DNA of 32,000 nt, from NCBI RefSeq assembly GCF_001458695.1, contig NZ_LN885086.1:1200001-1232000 (forward strand). Reading direction: 5' to 3'. The stretch comes from Candidatus Nitrospira inopinata (GTDB lineage Bacteria; Nitrospirota; Nitrospiria; Nitrospirales; Nitrospiraceae). The notes under the pieces were generated by a model. It did no database searches, was not told the origin of the DNA, and saw only the letters and a program-made list of their open reading frames with translations. A program made the position numbers and the translations under genes. How positions within the stretch are numbered: position 1 is the stretch's first letter; each line of letters opens with the position of its first letter. Positions 9,894 to 17,500 of this stretch are shown one piece after another.

Positions 9894-10778
9894 ATGCGCG
9901 CTCGTGCATCCGAGCCGTGTTCGCCTCATGGCGAGAACGGGAAATTAGACGACGAGACGGAGAAGATCCGGACACGTCTGTGCCGACTGGTGGGACAGGC
10001 CATCGCGGACTATCGCTTAATCGAGGACGGCGACAAGGTGATGGTGTGTTTGTCCGGCGGGAAAGACAGTTATGGGTTGCTGGATATCTTGCTCGTGCTG
10101 CAACGTCGCGCGCCGGTGCGGTTCGATCTCATTGCCGTCAATCTCGACCAAAAACAGCCGGGCTTCCCCGCCCATATCCTGCCCGAGTATCTGACCGGTT
10201 TGGGCGTTCCCTATCATATTGAATCGCGCGACACGTACTCGATCGTGAGGCGGCTCATTCCGGAGGGGGAGACGACCTGCTCGCTCTGTTCGCGACTGCG
10301 TCGGGGGCATCTCTATCGGATTGCGACGGAACTCGGCGCCACCAAGATCGCCTTGGGCCATCATCGCGACGACATTATCGAAACGTTGTTTTTGAATCTG
10401 TTCTACACCGGCAAGCTCAAGGCCATGCCGCCCAAATTGCGCTCGAAAGACGGACGGCATCTCGTGATCCGCCCGCTGGCGTTCGTGAAGGAATCGGATT
10501 TGGCTCGGTATGCGGAGCTGCGCCGTTTCCCCATTATCCCCTGCGACCTGTGCGGGTCACAGGAGGACATGAAGCGAAAGAAAGTGAAAGCCTGGCTCCG
10601 CGAATGGGAGCGAGACTCGCCGGGCTGCTCCGACAGCATCGCCGCCGCCATAACCAACGTCGCGCCGTCGCTCTTGATGGATCCTCGCCTGTTCGACTTC
10701 AAATCGCTCAACAGCACGGTTGAGCCCTCATCCGAAGGAGACGTCTGGCTGGACGAAGCCCCGACCGTCGCCATTTAA
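9894..10778 (+). CDS. ttcA: tRNA 2-thiocytidine(32) synthetase TtcA (PP-loop ATPase, Fe-S)
   Basis: [20 protein letters not shown]-loop, [10 protein letters not shown] and PCDLCGSQ Cys pairs. The N-terminal length matches TtcA when started at ATG 9894. Confidence 0.88.
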   Translation: MRARASEPCSPHGENGKLDDETEKIRTRLCRLVGQAIADYRLIEDGDKVMVCLSGGKDSYGLLDILLVLQRRAPVRFDLIAVNLDQKQPGFPAHILPEYLTGLGVPYHIESRDTYSIVRRLIPEGETTCSLCSRLRRGHLYRIATELGATKIALGHHRDDIIETLFLNLFYTGKLKAMPPKLRSKDGRHLVIRPLAFVKESDLARYAELRRFPIIPCDLCGSQEDMKRKKVKAWLREWERDSPGCSDSIAAAITNVAPSLLMDPRLFDFKSLNSTVEPSSEGDVWLDEAPTVAI

Positions 10779-11058
10779 GTGATAGAGCGTCCGCGGCCGG
10801 CACCGAATAGCCGGCCCTGCTTACCCCGACGTGTCGACCTCGGTTCGTCATTGCATGACCGTTGGTCATAACTACGAGTACGGTCAGGGTGCGCATGGTC
10901 CGAGTTTTTTGCCATGGCCGGCCTTGACGAAACGGGGTTTATCGAGTTGAATGTTAAAAAAGAGGCGGCCGGGGCAAGGTTCCTGGCGTCTTTCGGCTGG
11001 AGGGAGAAGGACGGATCGTTCAATCGTTCATAAGTCTTCACCGGGGGAGGTAAGAGAC

Positions 11059-11616
11059 ATGGTCGCATTCTCGGTTGTATTTATTCTCGTGGCCGCGCTC
11101 TTCCCGGGCGTCGCGGCAGCTCATGGTAATGTGGCGTTGGAAGACGATATCTGCGTGCGACGGGTGGGCGGCAATCTGGTCCATTTTAACGCGTATCAGC
11201 CTCAGCATGAGGCCAAGGCTCAATACTGTACGGAGATTCCCGGCGAAGGCGATACGTTTTTGGTGCTCGATCTGGTGGATCCGGTGTTGCGCACCTTGCC
11301 GGTGGGGGTTCGCGTGGTCAGAGGCACCGACGGGCTATCGGAGGAGCAGACGGTGGCCTATTGGCCTCCGGTCACTCATCCGGACGGCGTGCTTCGAGGG
11401 GAGGCAAATTTGAGCAAGGGGCTGTACACGTTCGTCATCATGCCGGAGGGATTCAGCCATTCGTCGTATCTGCTGCGGGTGCAGCAAGCGGATTATGGGA
11501 AGATCTCACAAAAGGCGGTGGGCCCTCTCATGATTCTCCTGCTCCTTGCGTTGATCGGGTATGAAATCTCGAAGTCGAGACGGTGGGGAGGTCGGAGGGC
11601 GCCGGGCCGGTCGTAA
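11059..11616 (+). CDS. secreted, C-terminally membrane-anchored protein, possible PmoD/AmoD-like cupredoxin protein
   Basis: GGGGGAGG SD then ATG 11059. Signal peptide MVAFSVVFILVAALFPGVAAA|HGN. About 130 aa mixed-composition domain (beta-rich is my guess) with two Cys. C-terminal TM helix GPLMILLLLALIGY followed by a basic tail. C32-x7-L40-x-H42 resembles the PmoD Cx7MxH motif as I recall it. Lies immediately upstream of amoC. The CDS call is solid. The family assignment is tentative. Confidence 0.6.
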   Translation: MVAFSVVFILVAALFPGVAAAHGNVALEDDICVRRVGGNLVHFNAYQPQHEAKAQYCTEIPGEGDTFLVLDLVDPVLRTLPVGVRVVRGTDGLSEEQTVAYWPPVTHPDGVLRGEANLSKGLYTFVIMPEGFSHSSYLLRVQQADYGKISQKAVGPLMILLLLALIGYEISKSRRWGGRRAPGRS

Positions 11617-11671
11617 CGGCCACATATGAGAATGCGGAGGCATGTTATCTTTCTACAAGGAGGGATTCATT

Positions 11672-12481
11672 ATGGCGGCAGAGCGGGGCTATGACATTTC
11701 GCAGTGGTATGATTCGCGGCCGTGGAAGATTGGGTGGTTTGCGATGTTGGCGATTGGGATTTTTTGGGTATTGTATCAGCGGACGTTTGGGTATTCGCAC
11801 GGGTTGGACTCGATGACGCCGGAGTTTGACGCGGTGTGGATGGGGTTGTGGCGGTTTAACATTGTGGCCAATGCGTTATTTTTTGCGATTGCGGTGGGGT
11901 GGATTTGGGTGACGCGGGATCGGAATTTGGCGAATTTGGATCCGAAGACGGAGTTGAAGCGGTATTTTTACTGGATGGGGTGGTTGGCCTGCTATGTGTG
12001 GGGGGTCTATTATGCGGGCAGTTACACATTGGAGCAGGATGCGGCGTGGCATCAGGTGATCATTCGGGACACGAGTTTTACGGCGAGTCACATTGTGGCG
12101 TTTTACGGGACATTCCCGTTGTACATTACGTGCGGGGTGTCGAGTTATCTGTATGCGCAGACGCGGTTACCGTTGTATAGCCAGGCGACGTCGTTTCCGT
12201 TGGTGGCGGCGGTGGTGGGGCCGATGTTCATCTTACCGAACGTGGGGCTCAATGAGTGGGGCCATGCGTTTTGGTTTGTGGACGAGTTGTTTGCGGCGCC
12301 GTTGCATTGGGGCTTTGTGACGTTGGGCTGGTGCGGGTTGTTTGGGGCGGCGGGCGGCGTGGCGGCGCAGATTGTGAGCCGCATGTCGAACTTGGCGGAT
12401 GTGATTTGGAACGGGGCGCCCAAGAGCATCCTGGATCCGTTCCCCAGCCAGGTCAACCCCAACGCCAAAGCAGGATACTGA
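11672..12481 (+). CDS. amoC: ammonia/methane monooxygenase subunit C family protein, stand-alone copy
   Basis: AAGGAGGG SD then ATG 11672. Reads [46 protein letters not shown]...[14 protein letters not shown]...[29 protein letters not shown], which are hallmark AmoC/PmoC blocks including the metal-site D/H/H region. No amoA or amoB within the window. Confidence 0.92.
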   Translation: MAAERGYDISQWYDSRPWKIGWFAMLAIGIFWVLYQRTFGYSHGLDSMTPEFDAVWMGLWRFNIVANALFFAIAVGWIWVTRDRNLANLDPKTELKRYFYWMGWLACYVWGVYYAGSYTLEQDAAWHQVIIRDTSFTASHIVAFYGTFPLYITCGVSSYLYAQTRLPLYSQATSFPLVAAVVGPMFILPNVGLNEWGHAFWFVDELFAAPLHWGFVTLGWCGLFGAAGGVAAQIVSRMSNLADVIWNGAPKSILDPFPSQVNPNAKAGY

Positions 12482-12510
12482 GGACTGACGGGCGAGCGCG
12501 TGGAACGAAC

Positions 12511-12551
12511 GGGGGCTGTGCCGGTGAAGGCACAGCCCCCGTTTCTTTTTT
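12511..12551 (+). terminator. rho-independent terminator after amoC
   Basis: Perfect 12-bp GC-rich stem GGGGGCTGTGCC / GGCACAGCCCCC (12511-12522 and 12529-12540), 6-nt loop, followed by GTTTCTTTTTT. Confidence 0.8.
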
Positions 12552-12633
12552 GAGGACGACGAAGGATTTCGTTCGGTATCGGATGAATGGAGAAGATTTG
12601 GAGTTATGAAAAGAGATGTCAAAAGAGAGGCGT

Positions 12634-12710
<77 letters not shown>

Positions 12711-12715
12711 CGCGG

Positions 12716-12745
12716 ATGCTAACAAAGCCCGGAAGCTCTCGTCAA
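12716..12745 (-). promoter_or_regulatory. putative sigma70-type promoter for tRNA-fMet
   Basis: On the minus strand: TTGACG (12745-12740), 18-nt spacer, TAGCAT (12721-12716) preceded by TGT. The tRNA 5' end lies 6 nt downstream. The same TTGACN-N18-TAGCAT layout is found upstream of tRNA-Val. Confidence 0.4.
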
Positions 12746-12810
12746 GCCAATCACGTGGGGCGATGATCTCCACCGTTGTATTTCTGTCTAGTCGGTGCTA
12801 AAGGCATACC

Positions 12811-13749
12811 ATGCGTATCGTTTTTATGGGAACGCCGGACTTCGCCGTCCCGTCCCTGGAGGCTTTGCTCAGGTCGGACGACCACGTTGTCGGTGTGGTG
12901 ACTCAGCCGGATAGGCCGAAAGGGCGGGGGCAGACGCTGGTGGCGCCGCCTGTCAAAGTGGTCGCGGAACAAGCCGGCATCCCGGTGGTTCAACCGTTGA
13001 AGATCAGGACACCGGACTTTCTGGAAACCTTAGCCGGTTGGAAGCCGGATCTGATCGCGGTGGCGGCGTTCGGGCGGATCCTCCATGCGCCGATTCTCGC
13101 TCTTCCTCCTATGGGCTGCGTCAACGTGCATGGGTCGCTGTTGCCGAAATATCGAGGAGCGGCTCCGATTCAATGGGCGTTGATCAACGGAGAAACGGAG
13201 ACGGGCATCACGACGATGCTGATGGATGAAGGGATGGATACCGGCCCCATGTTGCTTCAAGCGAAGATTCCCATCCTGCCGGACGACACGGCCGGGACCT
13301 TGGCTCCTCGCTTGGCGAGACTGGGAGGACAGTTGCTGGTTCAAACCATCGCGGGACTCAGAGCCGGCACGATTACGCCGATTCCTCAGGACCATGCCCA
13401 GGCGACGATGGCGCCGTTGCTGAAGAAGGAAGACGGGGCGATCGATTGGACGATGAGCGCATCGGCCTTGGTCAATCGCATCAGAGGTCTGTCTCCCTGG
13501 CCCGGCGCCTATACGTTCCACGGGTCGGAACGATGGACTATTTGGAAGGCGGTCGCGGCTCCGGAGCCGGCTTCGAGCGGGCCGGGCACGGTGCTGGCCG
13601 TCACGAAACAGTCCATCAGGGTCGCGACCGGCGAGGGGACGTTGGAGCTTCTCGAAATCCAGACGGCCAATTCCAAACGAATGGCCGTCGGCCACTATCT
13701 CGCGGGTCATCGTGTCAGCGCCGGTGAGCGGCTGGGAGCCGCCGTGTGA
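12811..13749 (+). CDS. fmt: methionyl-tRNA formyltransferase
   Basis: MRIVFMGTPDFAVPSLEAL, NVHGSLLPKYRGAAPIQWALINGE (SLLP motif), 312 aa. Confidence 0.95.
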   Translation: MRIVFMGTPDFAVPSLEALLRSDDHVVGVVTQPDRPKGRGQTLVAPPVKVVAEQAGIPVVQPLKIRTPDFLETLAGWKPDLIAVAAFGRILHAPILALPPMGCVNVHGSLLPKYRGAAPIQWALINGETETGITTMLMDEGMDTGPMLLQAKIPILPDDTAGTLAPRLARLGGQLLVQTIAGLRAGTITPIPQDHAQATMAPLLKKEDGAIDWTMSASALVNRIRGLSPWPGAYTFHGSERWTIWKAVAAPEPASSGPGTVLAVTKQSIRVATGEGTLELLEIQTANSKRMAVGHYLAGHRVSAGERLGAAV

Positions 13750-15239
13750 CCCTTGTTCCCTATTCCTTGTCTTCTTACCGTATGTCGTCGCGCCGTTTGT
13801 CTTCAGACTCTCCCCCATCTCCCGCCCGCGCCGCCGCCTTGACCGTGCTGCTGGCTTTGCAATCCGATCAGACGACCGTCGACGATGAGCTGGAAAAGAA
13901 GGTTGCGGAGTTGCGACTGGATGCCAGAGATCGGGCCCTCGCGATGGAACTGATCTACGGGGTCCTGAGACGGTTGGAGTTCGTCGATTGGCGGCTGGCT
14001 CCTGTCCTTAACAAACCGCTTTCACGGCTTCCCGCAGGGGTTCAAATGTTGGTGCGGTTGGGAGCCTATCAACTTCTGTGTTTGGACCGCGTTCCCGCCT
14101 CGGCGGCGGTGGACGAATCAGTTCGGCTCGCCAAAACCCATTCGACGAGGTGGGGGCACGACTGGAGCGGGTTGGTCAACGCGGTTTTGCGCAACCTGCT
14201 TCGGATGCCCGAACCGCCGATGCCGGATCCCGCCGTCGATCCGGTCCATGCCCTATCCGTGCGCCATTCGATCCCGCTCTGGCTGTGCCGGCGATGGATG
14301 GACCGGCATGGTTTTGAAGGGGCGGACGACGTCTGCCGAGCGGCCGGTTCCATTCCTCCCTTGACGGTGCGGGTGAATCGCTTGCGAACGACGAGAGAGC
14401 AGTTTCTTGATCGGTGTCGCCGACAGGGCATCGAGGTCGGTACGACGACTTTCAGCCCGGTAGGAGTCGTCCTTCACACCGGCGGGTCTGTCACGACCCT
14501 CCCTGGATTTGCGGAGGGAGATTTCTATGTGGAAGACGAAGCCGCTCAGCTTATCCCGCTCATTCTCGATCCGCAACCGGGCGAACTCGTGCTCGATGTC
14601 TGCGCCGCGCCCGGCGGCAAAACCACCCATGTGGCGGAACGCATGAAGAATCGTGGCCGCGTCATCGCCATCGACCGCAAACCGGACAGGCTTGACCTTC
14701 TGCGGGACAACTGTCGCCGGCTGGGAATCACCATCGTGACGGCCGCGGTCCATGACGCGCGAAAGAGTCAGGAGATGATGCGCCTCTTCCGCCGGAGTCT
14801 CGGCGGAAAGGGCCATGTTGCGTCGGTTCAATCTTCCTCCGCCTCGACATCCGATGGAATGGTTGATCGGATTCTCTTGGACGCACCGTGCAGCGGCATC
14901 GGGGTGTTGCGGCGGCATCCGGAGATCAAATGGCGCAAGCATCCCTCGGTTTTTCCCCGGCATCAACGGCTTCAACGGGAGCTCTTGGAGTCGGCGGCCG
15001 CCGTCTTGCGGCCCGGCGGGGTGCTGGTCTATAGTACGTGCTCGACGGAGCCGGAAGAAACCGAGGACGTGATCGAACACTTTTGCCGACGGTATCCGGG
15101 CTGGATACGCGAGTCCGTGGGGCCCTGGCTTCCTTCCAACGCCCTTTCCTGCATGACGGCTCAAGGAGCGTTTTCAACCATGGGGAATCAGGTTGGAATG
15201 GACGGTTTCTACGCCGCCCGGCTGAGAAAGGTCTCCTGA
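13746..15239 (+). CDS. rsmB: 16S rRNA (cytosine967-C5)-methyltransferase RsmB/Sun
   Basis: NusB-like N-terminal domain, VLDVCAAPGGKT SAM motif, and the catalytic pair DAPCSG / YSTCS. A GTG start at 13746 overlaps the fmt stop (GTGA). ATG 13782 is an alternative start. Confidence 0.88.
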   Translation: MTLVPYSLSSYRMSSRRLSSDSPPSPARAAALTVLLALQSDQTTVDDELEKKVAELRLDARDRALAMELIYGVLRRLEFVDWRLAPVLNKPLSRLPAGVQMLVRLGAYQLLCLDRVPASAAVDESVRLAKTHSTRWGHDWSGLVNAVLRNLLRMPEPPMPDPAVDPVHALSVRHSIPLWLCRRWMDRHGFEGADDVCRAAGSIPPLTVRVNRLRTTREQFLDRCRRQGIEVGTTTFSPVGVVLHTGGSVTTLPGFAEGDFYVEDEAAQLIPLILDPQPGELVLDVCAAPGGKTTHVAERMKNRGRVIAIDRKPDRLDLLRDNCRRLGITIVTAAVHDARKSQEMMRLFRRSLGGKGHVASVQSSSASTSDGMVDRILLDAPCSGIGVLRRHPEIKWRKHPSVFPRHQRLQRELLESAAAVLRPGGVLVYSTCSTEPEETEDVIEHFCRRYPGWIRESVGPWLPSNALSCMTAQGAFSTMGNQVGMDGFYAARLRKVS

Positions 15240-15919
15240 TGGGCCGGCCGGTCCTGATCGCCCCTTCCATCTTGTCCGCCGATTTCGCCCGACTGGCCGA
15301 TGAAGCGGCCGCGGTCGAACGGGCGGGGGCGGATCTGCTGCACGTCGACGTCATGGACGGGCACTTCGTGCCGAATTTGACGGTGGGGCCGCCGATCGTG
15401 CAGGCGCTGAAGAAGGAAACAAAACTCCCGCTCGACGTCCATTTGATGATTACGAACGCCGATGCGTTCGTAGGCGAGTTCGCCAAGGCGGGGGCGGATT
15501 ATCTGACCGTGCACGTGGAAGCCTGCCCGCATCTGCATCGGACGATTCAATCCATCAAAGAGCACGGCGTCAAAGCCGGTGTGACGTTGAACCCGGCGAC
15601 GCCGATTCATTCGTTGGAGGAAATCCTGCCGGACGTCGATCTGGTGTTGATTATGTCCGTCAATCCCGGCTTCGGCGGGCAGACCTTCATCGCGTCCTGT
15701 TTGTCCAAGATACGGGCCGTGCGAGGGATGCTGGATCGGATCGGCAGCCGCGCCTTGTTGGAGGTGGACGGCGGCGTGAAAATTGACAACGCGGCTGAGA
15801 TACTGGAGGCCGGGGCGGACGTTCTGGTCGCCGGCTCGGCGGTTTTTTCCAGTCCCGATTACGCCGCGACCATTGCCGCGTTGCGCGCCGCCGGACGGTC
15901 GGTTTCCGTTCATCCATAG
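15239..15919 (+). CDS. rpe: ribulose-phosphate 3-epimerase
   Basis: Start trimmed to ATG 15239, which overlaps the rsmB stop (TGATG). IAPSILSADFARL, HVDVMDGHFVPNLT and MSVNPGFGGQ are canonical Rpe motifs. Confidence 0.95.
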   Translation: MGRPVLIAPSILSADFARLADEAAAVERAGADLLHVDVMDGHFVPNLTVGPPIVQALKKETKLPLDVHLMITNADAFVGEFAKAGADYLTVHVEACPHLHRTIQSIKEHGVKAGVTLNPATPIHSLEEILPDVDLVLIMSVNPGFGGQTFIASCLSKIRAVRGMLDRIGSRALLEVDGGVKIDNAAEILEAGADVLVAGSAVFSSPDYAATIAALRAAGRSVSVHP

Positions 15920-15926
15920 GCGTTCG

Positions 15927-17492
15927 GTGGATACGACGTCTTCCTGCGACAATCTCCATCCCCTCGAAATCGCGGTGCTTGGGGTCTTTGGGGCTCATCC
16001 CGCCGGGGCCGCGCTCACAACGGAGCAACTCGCCGAGGCGACCAAACTCGAATCATCTCAACTGAGCATGGCGATCGAGTGGCTGTTGGCGAAACAGCTC
16101 CTCGCGGTCACTTCTGAAACGGTCACGTCGGTCGTGTCGTTGACGGCGGTGGGAAAGACCTACGTTGAGCGGTCCTCGCCGCTGGATTGCGTCCTGTCCG
16201 CCGCGCGAGAGGCCTCGAGCACGGGGAAGCGGCTGACGATCGCCGATCTTCAGACGAAAGAGGAGCTTGAGCCGTCCGACGTCAGCAAGGCGGTGGGCCG
16301 TCTCAAAAAAGAGGGGGCGCTTCTGGTCGTGCAAGGCGGCTGTCTTGAGTCCACCGGCAGGCCAAGTCTTTCCGTCGAGGCGATGCGCGCGCTGCTCCGT
16401 GAGCTTGATGAAGGGCCTCGCCCGCTGGAAAGTTTCCCGGAGGTCCAGCGGGCGCTCATTCACGATTACGCGGTGAAGCGAGGAAGCGCCAGGGAACCGT
16501 TTCGAATCGAGGAGCGCGCGACGCGATCCTACACGTTGTCTCAGGCGGGCGCGGCGGCGGTCACCGCGCTTGCCGGTCAGGCCAAAGCGGAGGAAGTCGC
16601 GCAGCTCAGTCCCGACTTGCTCAAGGACGGCAGTTGGAGATCGAAGCGGTTCCGAAAGTACACCATCAGCCTGCGCCCGCCTCGGATCGCAGCCGGCAAG
16701 AAGCATCCGTATCGTGAGTTTCTGGACGCGGTCAAGCTCAAGTTGGTCAGCATGGGTTTTCAGGAGATGCGCGGCTCGCTCGTCGAGACCGAATTTTGGA
16801 ACATGGACGCGCTGTTTATGCCCCAATTCCACCCGGCCCGCGACATTCACGACGTCTATTTCGTCAAAGAACCGGCGCGCGCGTCGGCGGTTGCCGAGCC
16901 TTTTTTCTCGCGCGTGGCCGCGACGCATGAACACGGCGGGACGACCGGATCGACCGGCTGGGGGTATCGGTTCGATCCGGAGCGGGCGAAGCGGTTGGTG
17001 TTGCGGAGTCAAGGCACGGCGGTGTCGGCCAGGACCCTCGCCTTGTCGCCTTCGGTGCCAGGCAAATATTTTTCGATCGCGCGGTGCTTTCGCTACGATC
17101 AAGTGGATGCGACCCATGCGACGGATTTTTTTCAAGTCGAGGGAATCGTCTTGGGCGAGGACATCAACTTCCGCACGCTGTTGGGATTGCTGAATCTGTT
17201 CGCCCGGGAGGTCGCCCAGGCGAAAGAGGTGAAGTTCGTGCCCGCCTATTTTCCGTTTACGGAACCGTCGGTCGAACTCCACGTCCGTCATCCCCGGTTG
17301 GGCTGGATGGAGCTGGGCGGGGCCGGTCTGTTCAGACCCGAGGTCACTCAACCCCTTGGAGTAACGGTGCCGGTGATCGCCTGGGGGCTGGGGTTGGACC
17401 GTATGGCGATGGTGGCGCTCGGCGTTCACGATATCCGCGAGCTGTTCACCGATAACTTGGATCTGATCCGCACGACCAGAGGAGCGTTTTAG
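15927..17492 (+). CDS. pheS: phenylalanine--tRNA ligase alpha subunit, archaeal/eukaryal-type (long form)
   Basis: About 521 aa from GTG 15927, which is 8 nt after the rpe stop. Long N-terminal region where archaeal/eukaryal alpha subunits carry winged-helix-like repeats. FWNMDALFMPQFHPARD, PAYFPFTEPSVEL, GWMELGGAGLFRPEV and IAWGLGLDRMAM. The AWGLGLxR block and the length resemble archaeal/eukaryal rather than bacterial PheS (about 330-350 aa, GFAFGMGxER). Confidence 0.88.
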   Translation: MDTTSSCDNLHPLEIAVLGVFGAHPAGAALTTEQLAEATKLESSQLSMAIEWLLAKQLLAVTSETVTSVVSLTAVGKTYVERSSPLDCVLSAAREASSTGKRLTIADLQTKEELEPSDVSKAVGRLKKEGALLVVQGGCLESTGRPSLSVEAMRALLRELDEGPRPLESFPEVQRALIHDYAVKRGSAREPFRIEERATRSYTLSQAGAAAVTALAGQAKAEEVAQLSPDLLKDGSWRSKRFRKYTISLRPPRIAAGKKHPYREFLDAVKLKLVSMGFQEMRGSLVETEFWNMDALFMPQFHPARDIHDVYFVKEPARASAVAEPFFSRVAATHEHGGTTGSTGWGYRFDPERAKRLVLRSQGTAVSARTLALSPSVPGKYFSIARCFRYDQVDATHATDFFQVEGIVLGEDINFRTLLGLLNLFAREVAQAKEVKFVPAYFPFTEPSVELHVRHPRLGWMELGGAGLFRPEVTQPLGVTVPVIAWGLGLDRMAMVALGVHDIRELFTDNLDLIRTTRGAF

Positions 17493-17500
17493 GCGACGCC

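Noticed and set aside
10779-11058. The 280-bp spacer upstream of the AmoD-like gene. It holds small hairpins (GGCCGGC-N8-GCCGGCC at about 10795-10818, and ATGACC-GTT-GGTCAT), a TTGACG-N17-TTGAAT promoter-like pair at about 10924-10952, and ORF 10775..11068 (-)
   Set aside because: The hairpins are short and lack U-tracts. The -10 match is weak. The minus-strand ORF has no SD and an Arg/Pro/Ser-rich translation. Any of these might be real regulatory elements for the amoD-like/amoC module, but the sequence alone does not justify calling them.
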